Source: Thiohalobacteraceae bacterium (GTDB taxonomy: Bacteria > Pseudomonadota > Gammaproteobacteria > Thiohalobacterales > Thiohalobacteraceae). From it: a stretch of 64,000 nt of DNA. Below are positions 47,524 through 58,088 of this stretch, piece after piece. Made by a program: the position numbers and the translations under genes. Position 1 is the stretch's first letter; each line of letters opens with the position of its first letter. The DNA lies in assembly GCA_041592335.1 (NCBI GenBank), contig JBFHQE010000012.1:10383-74382 (forward strand), read 5' to 3'. The notes below the pieces were generated by a model, which worked only from the letters and a program-made list of their open reading frames with translations, was not told the DNA's origin and did no database searches.

Positions 47524-49953
47524 ATGAACGAAACCGAATACGCAGCGATTCCCGTTTTGCCCCTGCGCGATGTGGTGGTCTACCCGCACATGGTAATCCC
47601 CTTGTTCGTGGGCCGTGAAAAATCCATTCGCGCGCTGGATATCGCAATGCAGGCTGACAAGAAAATACTGCTGGTCGCCCAGAAAAGCGCCGATGTCGAC
47701 GACCCCGGCGTGGATGATATTCATGAGATAGGCACTCTATCCAGCATCCTGCAGTTGCTGAAACTGCCCGATGGGACCGTCAAGGTATTGGTGGAAGGCG
47801 CCGAGCGTGTCCGCATCAAGCAATTCGTCGATCTGGACGAACATTTTTCGGCCGATGTTGAAAAAATTGAGCGTGCCTCGGCAGAGGAAGAGCGCGAGCT
47901 GGAAGTGCTGATGCGTTCCCTGATGAGCCTGTTCGATCAGTATGTGAAACTCAACAAGAAGGTGCCGCCGGAAATCCTGACATCACTGTCGGGTATTGAC
48001 GATCCCAGCCGCCTGGCGGATACCATCGCCGCGCACATGTCACTCAAGCTGGAAGAGAAACAGCATATCCTGGAAATCGATTCCATTCGTGGACGTCTCG
48101 AACACCTGATGGGCCTGATTGAAGGCGAGATCGACATTCTCCAGATCGAAAAGCGTATCCGTGGCCGCGTCAAGCAGCAGATGGAAAAAAGCCAGCGTGA
48201 GTATTATCTGAACGAACAGATGAAAGCGATCCAGAAGGAACTGGGTGAGCTTGAAGATGCGCCGAATGAAGTCGAGGAGCTGCAACAAAAAATCGACAAG
48301 GCCGGTATGAGCAAGGAAGCGCAGGAAAAGGCGCAGACCGAACTGAACAAGCTGAAGATGATGTCGCCCATGTCGGCAGAAGCCACCGTGGTGCGTAACT
48401 ATATCGACTGGCTGGTCAGCGTGCCCTGGAAAAAGCGCACCAAGATTCGTCATGACCTGGCACTGGCCGAGCAGGTGCTGGAAGAAGACCACTACGGTCT
48501 GGAAAAAGTTAAGGAACGTATCCTGGAATACCTGGCGGTGCAGCAGCGCGTGCGCAAGCTGAAAGGGCCGATTCTGTGCCTGGTTGGACCGCCCGGCGTT
48601 GGTAAGACGTCGCTTGGTCGTTCTATCGCGCGTGCCACCAACCGCAAGTTTGTCCGTATGGCGTTGGGCGGTGTCCGAGACGAAGCCGAGATACGCGGTC
48701 ACCGTCGTACTTACATAGGTTCACTGCCGGGCAAGATTGTGCAGAACCTGAGTAAGGTTGGTGTGCGTAATCCGCTGTACCTGCTGGATGAGATCGACAA
48801 GATGGCGATGGATTTCCGGGGCGATCCAAGTTCGGCGCTGCTGGAGGTGCTCGATCCGGAGCAGAACCACACCTTCGCCGATCACTATCTGGAAGTGGAT
48901 TTCGACCTGTCCGACGTCATGTTCGTGGCGACGTCCAACTCCTTTAATATTCCGGCACCGTTGCTGGATCGTATGGAAGTAATCCGCATTCCCGGTTATA
49001 CCGAGGATGAAAAGATCAACATTGCGAAGCGTTACCTGTTGCCCAAACAGATCAAGGCTAACGGTCTGAAAGAAGGCGAACTGGATGTTTCGGAGGAAAC
49101 CCTGCGCGATGTTGTGCGTTTCTATACCCGTGAAGCAGGCGTGCGTAACCTGGAACGTGAAGTGGCCAAGATCTGCCGCAAGGTAGTGAAGCAACTGGTA
49201 TTGAAAGAATCCGATGTTGAGAAAATCGAAGTTACGCCGGAAAACTTGGACGACTACCTGGGTGTGAAACGCTTCCGCTACGGTCTTGCCGAAGAGAACG
49301 ACCAGGTCGGCCAGGTAACAGGTCTGGCCTGGACAGAGGTTGGCGGTGAACTGCTAACGATAGAAGCCGCTATTGTGCCGGGTAAGGGCCGCTGGACACA
49401 TACCGGGCAACTGGGCGACGTTATGAAGGAATCCATTCAGGCCGCGACCACGGTTGTTCGCAGTCGTGCCGAATTGCTGGATATCGATCCGGATTTCTAC
49501 CAGAACTACGACATCCATGTTCACGTACCTGAAGGGGCGACACCCAAGGATGGGCCTTCCGCCGGTATCGGTATGTGTACCGCACTCGTATCTGCTTTGA
49601 CTAATATACCGGTTAAAGCGAATGTCGCCATGACGGGTGAAATCACCTTGCGTGGCGAGGTGTTGCCGATCGGAGGTTTGAAGGAGAAGCTGCTGGCGGC
49701 TCACCGTGGCGGTATCGAAGTGGTGCTTATTCCGGATGAAAATCGCAAGGATCTGGCTGATATTCCGGATAATGTTAAAGAAAAACTGGATATCCGTCCG
49801 GTCAAGTGGATTGACCAGGTGCTGGAAGTGGCGCTGACGCATATGCCAACTCCGCGTGTCAAGGAAGCGGGCGAGAAACCAGCGGAAGCGGAAAGCTCCA
49901 GTAAAAAGAAATCAGCGAAGGGTAAAGGTAAGTCCAGCGTAACTGCACATTAA
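47524..49953 (+). CDS. lon: ATP-dependent Lon protease
   Basis: ORF from 47506. I prefer the ATG at 47524 (AGGA 8 nt upstream; [31 protein letters not shown]). Walker [10 protein letters not shown] and catalytic PKDGPSAG. Confidence 0.96.
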   Translation: MNETEYAAIPVLPLRDVVVYPHMVIPLFVGREKSIRALDIAMQADKKILLVAQKSADVDDPGVDDIHEIGTLSSILQLLKLPDGTVKVLVEGAERVRIKQFVDLDEHFSADVEKIERASAEEERELEVLMRSLMSLFDQYVKLNKKVPPEILTSLSGIDDPSRLADTIAAHMSLKLEEKQHILEIDSIRGRLEHLMGLIEGEIDILQIEKRIRGRVKQQMEKSQREYYLNEQMKAIQKELGELEDAPNEVEELQQKIDKAGMSKEAQEKAQTELNKLKMMSPMSAEATVVRNYIDWLVSVPWKKRTKIRHDLALAEQVLEEDHYGLEKVKERILEYLAVQQRVRKLKGPILCLVGPPGVGKTSLGRSIARATNRKFVRMALGGVRDEAEIRGHRRTYIGSLPGKIVQNLSKVGVRNPLYLLDEIDKMAMDFRGDPSSALLEVLDPEQNHTFADHYLEVDFDLSDVMFVATSNSFNIPAPLLDRMEVIRIPGYTEDEKINIAKRYLLPKQIKANGLKEGELDVSEETLRDVVRFYTREAGVRNLEREVAKICRKVVKQLVLKESDVEKIEVTPENLDDYLGVKRFRYGLAEENDQVGQVTGLAWTEVGGELLTIEAAIVPGKGRWTHTGQLGDVMKESIQAATTVVRSRAELLDIDPDFYQNYDIHVHVPEGATPKDGPSAGIGMCTALVSALTNIPVKANVAMTGEITLRGEVLPIGGLKEKLLAAHRGGIEVVLIPDENRKDLADIPDNVKEKLDIRPVKWIDQVLEVALTHMPTPRVKEAGEKPAEAESSSKKKSAKGKGKSSVTAH

Positions 49954-49983
49954 CAAGTTTCGCTAAGCTGTTATTTCTAGAAA

Positions 49984-50012
49984 ATGCGCAACCTTTGTTG
50001 CGCATTTTTTTT
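49984..50012 (+). terminator. Rho-independent terminator after lon
   Basis: ATGCGCAAC-CTTT-GTTGCGCAT followed by TTTTTTTT. Confidence 0.85.
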
Positions 50013-50021
50013 GTTTTCCTG

Positions 50022-50050
50022 TTGACACTGCTATAGGGCGTGGGTAAAGT
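50022..50050 (+). promoter_or_regulatory. Candidate sigma70 promoter of hupB
   Basis: TTGACA-17 nt-TAAAGT. Confidence 0.5.
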
Positions 50051-50136
50051 CCTCCCCCTGTTTTGTGATAGCTTTACTTCGCTATACAAAAAAAGCATGT
50101 ATTTTTCTTTTCCATTTTTACGAGGGGTTGCCTTTT

Positions 50137-50409
50137 ATGAACAAGACTGAATTGGTTGATGCCATTGCAGAGTCCGCTGACCTGAGCAAAGCTGATGCGA
50201 GTCGTGCAGTTGATGCATTCATCAATACAGTGACGAACACTCTCAAGAATGGCGATCCTGTAACGGTTGTTGGCTTCGGTACTTTCGAAGTGCGTGACCG
50301 TGCAGCCCGCACTGGCCGTAATCCCCAGACCGGTGCAACCATCGAAATCAAAGCTTCACGCGCACCTGCATTTAAAGCTGGCAAAGCCCTAAAGGATGCA
50401 GTAAACTAG
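50137..50409 (+). CDS. hupB: DNA-binding protein HU-beta
   Basis: ORF trimmed to the ATG at 50137. [12 protein letters not shown]...[21 protein letters not shown] is the HU signature. Confidence 0.95.
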   Translation: MNKTELVDAIAESADLSKADASRAVDAFINTVTNTLKNGDPVTVVGFGTFEVRDRAARTGRNPQTGATIEIKASRAPAFKAGKALKDAVN

Positions 50410-50421
50410 CGCGCCTCTTCA

Positions 50422-50497
50422 GGGTGCTTAGCTCAGCTGGTAGAGCATCGCCCTTACAAGGCGAGGGTCGGGGGTTCGATCCCCTCAGCACCCACCA
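50422..50497 (+). tRNA. tRNA-Val (UAC)
   Basis: Acceptor GGGTGCT/AGCACCC, anticodon loop CTTACAA, encoded CCA. Confidence 0.92.
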
Positions 50498-50505
50498 GTT
50501 CGCGC

Positions 50506-50582
50506 GGAGCGGTAGTTCAGTTGGTTAGAATACCGGCCTGTCACGCCGGGGGTCGCGGGTTCGAGCCCCGTCCGCTCCGCCA
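50506..50582 (+). tRNA. tRNA-Asp (GUC)
   Basis: Acceptor GGAGCGG/CCGCTCC, anticodon loop CTGTCAC, encoded CCA. Confidence 0.92.
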
Positions 50583-50590
50583 CTATTATT

Positions 50591-50619
50591 AAGGCGTCCT
50601 TCTTGAAGGACGCCTTTTT
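50591..50619 (+). terminator. Rho-independent terminator after tRNA-Val/Asp
   Basis: AGGCGTCCTT-CTTG-AAGGACGCCT followed by TTTT. Confidence 0.85.
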
Positions 50620-50690
50620 AGTTTGTAAAGTCGGTTTTCCTGAACCGTATAACGATAAACCATCCACCTGAGAAGATTTAGGGAATTTCT

Positions 50691-52610
50691 ATGCTGCAGG
50701 CAATTCGGGATAAAACCACCGGTATCATCGCTTGGCTGATCATTGGCTTGCTGGTGGTCGTGTTTTCACTCTGGGGTATTGAGTCGTACCTGCGTAACGA
50801 AACCACCATCTATGCGGCAAAAGTGAACGACGTCGAAATATCCGTGCAGGATTTCCGCTTCGGGCTGCGTCAGCAGGCCAACCGCCTGCAAATGATGTAC
50901 GGCTCGCAGTTTGATCGTTCCATGATCAATTCCGCTGAATTCAAGGAAGGCGTCCTGAACGGCCTGGTTGAGCAGGAAGTGCTGGTGCAGGCCGCAGGCG
51001 AAGCCGGCATGGTGATCAGCGATGGTTTCCTGCGGGCGCAAATTCACGGGATGAAAGAGTTCCAGAACGAGCAGGGCGAATTCGATCCGGAAAAATACCA
51101 GCGATTACTGGATAGCCAAGGAATTCCGGCCACCCTGTTTGAACGCGAAATGCGTCGTCAGTTACTGGTCAGCCAGTTGGCCAGTTCGGTTTCCGGGACA
51201 GCCATCGTAACCGACCCGACCATTGACCAGGGATTGAGATTGCAGGGCCAGACGCGTGACGTGCAGTATGTCTCGCTGGCGGTTGCGCCACGGATAGCTT
51301 CGATCCCGGTTACGGAGGAAGAGATAGGCGCTTTCTACGAAGAAAATAAATCCCGCTTCGTTGAACCTGAACAGATTCAGCTGGCCTACCTGGATCTGAA
51401 TCTGGATGACATTGCGACCTCCGTCGAGGTGACTGATGATGAAGTGCGCGCCTTGTATGAGCAACAGAAGGCCAGCCTGGTTTCCGATGAACAGCGCCGG
51501 GCACGCCACATCCTGATCAAGCTGGACGCGGATGCCGATGAATCGACGCAACTGGCCGCGGAAGCCAAGGCCAGGCAACTGATTGATCAACTCAAATCCG
51601 GGGCAGATTTTGTCGAGCTGGCGAAACAGGAGTCGGATGACCCGGGTTCCGCCAGTCAGGGCGGGGATCTGGGCTTTTTCGGCCGGGGTGTTATGGTTCC
51701 GGAGTTTGAAGAAGCCGTGTTTGCCATGGGTGAAAACGAGATCACCGATGAGCCGGTGCGCTCCAGCTTCGGTCTGCACGTTATTCAGGTGACTGGCATT
51801 CAGGCCGGTGAAATTCCGGCGTTTGACGAAGTGAAGGATAAGCTGAAAAAACAGGCGCAGCGTACGGCAGCAGAAGACCAGTTTTATGAACTGTCCGAAT
51901 TGTTGGGCACGCACAGTTTCGAGTCACCGGATACCCTGTCGGTAGCGGCGGAGCAAACCGGGCTGGAAATCAAAACCTCGGACTGGTTCCCCAAGACCGG
52001 TGGCAGCGGCATTGCGGCTTACCCCAATGTCACGGCGGCGGCCTTCAGCGAAGATGTGCTGGATGAACGCAACAACAGCCAGATGCTGGAACTGTCCCCG
52101 ACGCGGGTAGTGGTGGTGCGGGTGAAGGAACACAAGGCGGCAGAGCAAATTGCACTGGATAATGTTCGTGAACCGATTCGCAGCCAGTTACAGCGCGATA
52201 AGGCGGCCGAGACAGTCAAGCTGGAAGGTGAGGCCATGCTGGCCGAGCTCGAATCCGGCAAGGATCTGGCGACACTGGCAGCGGCTAAGGAACTGGAGGT
52301 CAAAACCGTTGATAGCCTGACCCGCAGCGATGCCAAGGAAGACCGAATGCTGGTGGCGGAAGCTTTCCGTGCGCCACGCCGTAATGATAACCAGCCAAGC
52401 GTCACCGGCTTCACCCTGCGCAATGGAGATTACATTGTGATGGCTGTGTCCGGTATCGAGGATGGCGTGGTGGATGGGTTTAACGAGGCAGACAAAATGG
52501 CATTTCGCCGCAACATGACCCAATTGCTGGGTCGAGCCGAGATGCAGGCGCTGCTGGCCAGCCTGAAGGCCAGGGCAGAGATCGATCTCAATCTTGAGGC
52601 GGTGTTGTAA
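50691..52610 (+). CDS. ppiD: Periplasmic chaperone / peptidyl-prolyl isomerase PpiD
   Basis: 639 aa. N-terminal anchor MLQAIRDKTTGIIAWLIIGLLVVVF and a parvulin domain (GGDLGFFGRGVMVPEFEEAVF). lon-hupB-ppiD synteny. Confidence 0.9.
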   Translation: MLQAIRDKTTGIIAWLIIGLLVVVFSLWGIESYLRNETTIYAAKVNDVEISVQDFRFGLRQQANRLQMMYGSQFDRSMINSAEFKEGVLNGLVEQEVLVQAAGEAGMVISDGFLRAQIHGMKEFQNEQGEFDPEKYQRLLDSQGIPATLFEREMRRQLLVSQLASSVSGTAIVTDPTIDQGLRLQGQTRDVQYVSLAVAPRIASIPVTEEEIGAFYEENKSRFVEPEQIQLAYLDLNLDDIATSVEVTDDEVRALYEQQKASLVSDEQRRARHILIKLDADADESTQLAAEAKARQLIDQLKSGADFVELAKQESDDPGSASQGGDLGFFGRGVMVPEFEEAVFAMGENEITDEPVRSSFGLHVIQVTGIQAGEIPAFDEVKDKLKKQAQRTAAEDQFYELSELLGTHSFESPDTLSVAAEQTGLEIKTSDWFPKTGGSGIAAYPNVTAAAFSEDVLDERNNSQMLELSPTRVVVVRVKEHKAAEQIALDNVREPIRSQLQRDKAAETVKLEGEAMLAELESGKDLATLAAAKELEVKTVDSLTRSDAKEDRMLVAEAFRAPRRNDNQPSVTGFTLRNGDYIVMAVSGIEDGVVDGFNEADKMAFRRNMTQLLGRAEMQALLASLKARAEIDLNLEAVL

Positions 52611-52635
52611 CTTCACCTGACAGGGGGCACCTGAT

Positions 52636-53904
52636 TTGAAACTGCACTGGCAGATCCTGGTCGCACTGGCGCTTGCAGTGATTGCAGGCACGGTAACCGG
52701 TCAGGATGCCAGTCTGTTCGGCGTCACCTTCTACCAGATCTACGAATTCTTCGGTGCCCTGTTTATGAATGCACTGAAGATGATCATAGTTCCACTCATC
52801 ATCTCTTCCATTATTACCGGTATCGCGGGCGTCGGCAGCGGTAGCGCCGTGGGGCGTCTCGGGGGCAAGACACTCGTTTATTACGCGAGCACCAGCCTGC
52901 TGGCGATCCTGGTAGGCCTGTTCATGGTAAACCTGTTCCAGCCGGGCATAGTGGATGGTCAGCCTGCCAGGGATATGATCGGTCTCAGCGCGGATACAGA
53001 GTCCGTTACGGCAAAAGTGGAAGGCAGGGGCGCGGGCGACGTGGTCGAGATTTTCCTGCGTATGATTCCGCCAAATGTGGTCTCTGCCGCAGCCAACGGG
53101 CAGATGCTGGGACTGATTTTCTTCAGTCTGCTCTATGGTTATTTCATGTCGCGCATCGCCGATGAATATGCCGAGCCACAGTTTAATTTCTGGCAGGGTG
53201 TGTTCGAGATCATGATGCGTATAACCGACCTGGTGATGCGATTCGCGCCGATCGGGGTGTTCGCCCTGGTCGCCAAGGTGGTGGCAACCACCGGGCTGGA
53301 AGCCTTCAAACCGCTACTGGTGTTCTTCCTGACCACGCTTGCTGCGTTGGCGTTCCATTTTCTGATCACCATGCCTTTGATCCTGTCGCTGGTTGCACGC
53401 GTGAACCCCCTGCGACATTACCAGGCCATGGTGCCGGCATTATTGACTTCCTTTTCCACAGCTTCATCCTCGGCAACCTTGCCGATCACCATGGAATGCG
53501 TGGAGAAGAATGCCGGGGTTTCGAATCGCACCACCAGCTTTGTGTTGCCGCTCGGTGCGACCGTGAACATGGACGGTACGGCCTTGTATGAATGCGTCGC
53601 GGCAATGTTTATCGCGCAGGCTTACGGGATTGAGCTGGGCTTCGCTACACAGTTCACGATTGTATTGATCGCCTTGTTAACTTCGATTGGCGTGGCCGGT
53701 ATTCCGGCCGCGAGCCTGGTGGCGATCACCATTATTCTGGCGAGCATTGGGCTGCCTGCCGAGGCAATTGGCCTGATCCTGGCGGTGGATCGCATCCTTG
53801 ATATGTGCCGCACCAGCGTGAATGTATTCAGCGATTCCTGTGGCGCGGTGGTGATTGGCAAGCTGGAAGGCGAGGAAGGGATTCTTAAAGAATCTAAATC
53901 TTAA
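52636..53904 (+). CDS. Dicarboxylate/amino acid:cation symporter (DAACS family)
   Basis: 422 aa, multi-pass. SSSATLP and NMDGTALYE motifs. TTG start. Confidence 0.88.
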   Translation: MKLHWQILVALALAVIAGTVTGQDASLFGVTFYQIYEFFGALFMNALKMIIVPLIISSIITGIAGVGSGSAVGRLGGKTLVYYASTSLLAILVGLFMVNLFQPGIVDGQPARDMIGLSADTESVTAKVEGRGAGDVVEIFLRMIPPNVVSAAANGQMLGLIFFSLLYGYFMSRIADEYAEPQFNFWQGVFEIMMRITDLVMRFAPIGVFALVAKVVATTGLEAFKPLLVFFLTTLAALAFHFLITMPLILSLVARVNPLRHYQAMVPALLTSFSTASSSATLPITMECVEKNAGVSNRTTSFVLPLGATVNMDGTALYECVAAMFIAQAYGIELGFATQFTIVLIALLTSIGVAGIPAASLVAITIILASIGLPAEAIGLILAVDRILDMCRTSVNVFSDSCGAVVIGKLEGEEGILKESKS

Positions 53905-53912
53905 AAACATTT

Positions 53913-53942
53913 CGTCACCCCGGCGAAGGCCGGAATGACGAA
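53913..53942 (+). repeat. REP-like palindromic element, family A, copy 3 (arms swapped)
   Basis: CGTCACCCCGGCGAAGGCCGGAATGACGAA. Same GAAG loop on the plus strand as copies 1 and 2, but TT/GG arm positions are replaced by CC/AA. Confidence 0.8.
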
Positions 53943-53963
53943 ACTCATCAACATAGCTGACAA

Positions 53964-54752
53964 TCAATCAATATCCGGCGAACCACCACACATGTTATAG
54001 CCGGCATCCACATAAGTGATTTCGCCGGTAATCCCGGAAGCCAGGTCCGAACAGAGAAACGCGGCCACGTTGCCGACTTCTTCAATCGTTACATTCTTGC
54101 GCAACGGCGCATTCTGTTCCGCATAGCTCAACAGTTTACGGAAATTGCTGATACCGGAAGCGGCCAGAGTACGAATGGGCCCGGCGGAGATGGCATTCAC
54201 TCGGGTACCTTCCGGCCCGAGACTGTACGCCATGTAACGTACATTGGCTTCCAGGCTGGCCTTGGCAACCCCCATCACGTTATAAGAAGGCAAAGCGCGT
54301 ACTGCGCCGAGATAACTCAGGGTCAACAGCGCGCCATTACGGCCTTTCATCATGTCTTCGCCGGCCTTGGCCAGCGCGGTAAAGCTGTAGGAACTGATGT
54401 CATGCGCCATGGCAAAGTTCTCGCGCGTGACGCCTTCCATGTAACTGCCTTTGAGGGCTTCCTGCGGCGCGAAGGCAACCGAGTGGACGATAATGTCCAG
54501 GCCATCCCAGTGCTGCTTCAGTCCGTCGAACACGGCCTGAATTTCCGCGTCGCTGCTGACGTCGCAGGGCAGGGTAATTTCCGAGCCCAGTTCAGCGGCG
54601 AATTTGGTGACGCGATCCTTGAGCTTGTCGTTCTGATAGGTGAAGGCCAGTTCAGCCCCTTCACGATGCATGGCCTGTGCGATACCCCAGGCAATTGAGC
54701 GATTACTGGCAAGACCTACAATGAGGGCGCGTTTACCGGCGAGAAATCCCAT
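53964..54752 (-). CDS. fabI: Enoyl-[acyl-carrier-protein] reductase (NADH) FabI
   Basis: ORF trimmed to the ATG at 54752 ([26 protein letters not shown]). SYLGA...Y...K catalytic pattern. Confidence 0.94.
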   Translation of the reverse strand: MGFLAGKRALIVGLASNRSIAWGIAQAMHREGAELAFTYQNDKLKDRVTKFAAELGSEITLPCDVSSDAEIQAVFDGLKQHWDGLDIIVHSVAFAPQEALKGSYMEGVTRENFAMAHDISSYSFTALAKAGEDMMKGRNGALLTLSYLGAVRALPSYNVMGVAKASLEANVRYMAYSLGPEGTRVNAISAGPIRTLAASGISNFRKLLSYAEQNAPLRKNVTIEEVGNVAAFLCSDLASGITGEITYVDAGYNMCGGSPDID

Positions 54753-54897
54753 AATGTTGTCCTTTGACTCTGTTGAGCCATGCCGCAGCATGGCATCCTG
54801 TCGAAACCGGGTAAGGTACCGGAAAAGGCCGGAAACGTGAAGGGGAAGTGTCAGAAACTATAGGCTTTTGAGGAGCATATCCCTATAATCAAACGCC

Positions 54898-57111
54898 ATG
54901 AACCTGATCCGGCGCCGGGCGGCGACAACTGGAAAAACAACAACTCTGATCGGCCTGATCCTTTCCTGGCTGCTACTGACCGGGTGTTCCGAACAACCCT
55001 GGAACAGCCCCTATCCCGCGACCGAGCAACAGCAAAATATTCTTTACCAGTCGTTTGAAGAACGGCCCAAGCACCTTGATCCGGCCCGATCATATAGCTC
55101 GGTGGAATGGACCTTTATCGAACAGATCTACGAAGCACCGCTGCAATATCATTTTCTGAAACGGCCCTACGAACTGATTTCGCGTACTGCAACGTCGGTG
55201 CCGGTACCCCAATACATCGATGCCGAGGGGAATCCACTGCCGCATGAGGTAGACCCTTCAAAGGTCGCGTTCAGTTTGTACGATATCCATCTTCAGCCGG
55301 GGATTCTTTATCAGCCGCATCCCGCATTCGCCAAAAATCCGCAAGGCGAGTTTCTTTACCATGAACTAAGCGATGCCGAGCTGGAGGAAATTGAGGCTTT
55401 GGACGACTTTAAGGTCACGGACTCTCGACCGTTGTCGGCAAGCGATTATGTTTACCAGATAAAGCGCCTGGCGCACCCGAGTATTCATTCGCCCATCTTT
55501 GGCTTGATGAGTGAATACATTGTCGGGCTCGATGATTTAGGCAAAAGACTGCATGAAGCGCAGGAACAAATCAGGACAGGGGATAACCCGGATGCGTTTC
55601 TCGATCTGCGGGAATTTGAACTCGAGGGTGTGGAAGTAGTATCCGACACCCATTACCGGGTGAAGATCAAGGGTGTTTATCCGCAGTTTCAATACTGGCT
55701 TGCGATGCCGTTTTTCGCCGCGGTTCCCTGGGAAGCAGACCGGTTTTACGCTCAGCCGGGGCTGGTGGAGAAAAACATTGTGATGAACTGGTATCCCGTG
55801 GGTACCGGTCCTTACATGCTCACGGTGAATAACCCGAACAAGGAAATGATCCTGGAAAAAAATCCCAACTTCCGGGGCGAAACTTATCCGGAGGAGGGCG
55901 AGGCAGGGGATAAGGCGGCCGGTTATCTGCAAGATGCCGGTAAAACCATGCCTTTCATCGACCGTGTGGTATTCAAACTGGAAAAGGAAACCATTCCCTA
56001 CTGGAACAAATTTTTGCAGGGCTATTACGACACTTCCGGGATTGCCTCGGATTCTTTTGATCAGGCTATCCAGGTGGGTAGCGGGGGCGAGGTTCAGTTA
56101 ACTGAACAGATGCAGGAGAAAGGTATCCAGTTACTGACGGCGGTGGCGCCATCCGTGTTTTACATGGGATTTAATATGCTGGATCCCGTGGTCGGTGGCG
56201 ACGCTGAGCAGGCGCGACTGTTGCGCCGCGCCATTGCTATCGCCGTGGATTACGAGGAATACATTTCCATTTTCCTGAATGGCCGTGGCCTGGCGGCACA
56301 GAGTCCCCTGCCGCCGGGGATTTTCGGTTACCGCGAAGGCGAGTCAGGTATCAATCCGTATGTCTATGACTGGGTCGATGGCAAGCCGCATCGTAAGTCT
56401 ATTGAAGAAGCGAAGGCCTTGCTTGAGCAGGCCGGTTACCCGAGTGGTCGCGATGCGGCGACGGGCAAACCACTGGTGTTGAATTTCGATACCACCGGCG
56501 CCGGGCCGGACAGCAAGGCACAACGCGACTGGCTGGTGAAACAGTTCAAGAAACTGGATATTCAACTGGTGATCCGGGCGACAGATTACAACCGTTTTCA
56601 GGAGAAAATGCTGAATGGCACTGCACAGCTGTTCCAGTGGGGCTGGAACGCGGATTATCCTGATCCGGAAAATTTCATGTTTTTGCTGTACGGTCCCAAT
56701 GGCAAGGTGAATTATCGCGGTGAAAATGCGGCCAATTACCATAGCCCGGAATTCGACGCCCTGTTCGAGCGTATGAAAAATATGGATAACGGGCCAGATC
56801 GTCAGCTGCTTATCGACAACATGATTGAATTGCTGCGCAAGGACAGTCCCTGGCTGTTTGGTTTCAATCCCAAGGCGTTCAGTCTGCATCACAGCTGGTA
56901 CAAGAATGCCAAACCGAACCTGATGTCGCGCAACACCCTCAAATACAAACGTATCGAACCGGTCGAGCGCAACGAAAAGCGTAATCTGTGGAACCAGCCG
57001 GTGATCTGGCCGATCGTTGCCTTTGTGATGTTGCTGATTGCACTGGTCTGGCCGGCGGTGGCCGGTTATCGACGCCATGAACGCGCCAGCGCGCATGGAG
57101 GGAAAAGCTGA
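54898..57111 (+). CDS. ABC transporter substrate-binding protein (family 5, YejA/peptide-type) with lipobox and C-terminal TM helix
   Basis: 737 aa. LLLTGC lipobox, SBP_bac_5-like body, C-terminal VIWPIVAFVMLLIALVWPAVAGY followed by a basic tail. Confidence 0.8.
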   Translation: MNLIRRRAATTGKTTTLIGLILSWLLLTGCSEQPWNSPYPATEQQQNILYQSFEERPKHLDPARSYSSVEWTFIEQIYEAPLQYHFLKRPYELISRTATSVPVPQYIDAEGNPLPHEVDPSKVAFSLYDIHLQPGILYQPHPAFAKNPQGEFLYHELSDAELEEIEALDDFKVTDSRPLSASDYVYQIKRLAHPSIHSPIFGLMSEYIVGLDDLGKRLHEAQEQIRTGDNPDAFLDLREFELEGVEVVSDTHYRVKIKGVYPQFQYWLAMPFFAAVPWEADRFYAQPGLVEKNIVMNWYPVGTGPYMLTVNNPNKEMILEKNPNFRGETYPEEGEAGDKAAGYLQDAGKTMPFIDRVVFKLEKETIPYWNKFLQGYYDTSGIASDSFDQAIQVGSGGEVQLTEQMQEKGIQLLTAVAPSVFYMGFNMLDPVVGGDAEQARLLRRAIAIAVDYEEYISIFLNGRGLAAQSPLPPGIFGYREGESGINPYVYDWVDGKPHRKSIEEAKALLEQAGYPSGRDAATGKPLVLNFDTTGAGPDSKAQRDWLVKQFKKLDIQLVIRATDYNRFQEKMLNGTAQLFQWGWNADYPDPENFMFLLYGPNGKVNYRGENAANYHSPEFDALFERMKNMDNGPDRQLLIDNMIELLRKDSPWLFGFNPKAFSLHHSWYKNAKPNLMSRNTLKYKRIEPVERNEKRNLWNQPVIWPIVAFVMLLIALVWPAVAGYRRHERASAHGGKS

Positions 57112-58088
57112 TGTGGGCTTATATCATCCGGCGCATTCTGTATGCCTTTCCGATTCTGCTGGGTGTTAACCTGATTACTTTCGTGCTGTTTTTTATCGTC
57201 AACAGTCCAGATGACATGGCACGCATGCAGTTGGGCATGAAACGTGTCACGCCGGAAGCGATCGAAAGCTGGAAGCAGGAACGAGGCTACGATAAGCCGC
57301 TGGTGTATAACGCCGAGGCGAGTGGATCGGATGCGCTGACTCAGACAATCTTTTTTGAAAAATCCGCCAAGCTGTTCGTGTTTGATTTTGGCAGTTCCGA
57401 CAGTGGTCGCGATATTGGGGCCGATATCAAGCAACGCATGTTCCCTAGCCTGGCGCTGGCGGTACCGACGCTGATCATTGGCATGCTGGTATACATCACT
57501 TTTTCGGGGATACTGGCCTTCTTCCGGGGCACCTATCTCGATCTTTCGGGCGTTGTCCTGTGCGTGATTCTGATGTCGATCTCGGGGCTGTTCTACATCA
57601 TCGGTGGGCAGTACCTGGTTGGCAAGATTTTGCATCTGGTGCCAATTTCCGGCTATGACAGTGGCTGGTCGGCGCTCAAGTTCGTGGCCTTGCCGGTGAT
57701 TATTGGCGTGGTCGGATCCATTGGCGGCAGTTCCCGTTTCTATCGCACGATTTTTCTTGAAGAAATGAACCGTGATTATGTGCGCACCGCGCGCGCCAAG
57801 GGGGTTGCTGAAAACCTCGTTATGCTGCGCCACGTTTTACGCAATTCCATGATTCCCATCCTGACGAATGTGGTGACGGCATTGCCGCTGCTGTTCATGG
57901 GAAGCCTGGTGATGGAATCCTTCTTCGGTATTCCCGGTCTTGGCAGTTACACCATTGAGGCAATCCAGAACCAGGATTTCGCCATTGTGCGTTCCATGGT
58001 GTTCCTGGGGTCGGCGCTTTATATCCTGGGTTTGATCATGACGGATATTTCCTACACCCTGGCTGATCCGCGGGTGAGGTTGTCATGA
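57111..58088 (+). CDS. ABC transporter permease (YejB/DppB-like)
   Basis: 325 aa. MWAYIIRRILYAFPILLGVNLITF N-terminus. TGATG overlap with the SBP gene. Confidence 0.88.
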   Translation: MWAYIIRRILYAFPILLGVNLITFVLFFIVNSPDDMARMQLGMKRVTPEAIESWKQERGYDKPLVYNAEASGSDALTQTIFFEKSAKLFVFDFGSSDSGRDIGADIKQRMFPSLALAVPTLIIGMLVYITFSGILAFFRGTYLDLSGVVLCVILMSISGLFYIIGGQYLVGKILHLVPISGYDSGWSALKFVALPVIIGVVGSIGGSSRFYRTIFLEEMNRDYVRTARAKGVAENLVMLRHVLRNSMIPILTNVVTALPLLFMGSLVMESFFGIPGLGSYTIEAIQNQDFAIVRSMVFLGSALYILGLIMTDISYTLADPRVRLS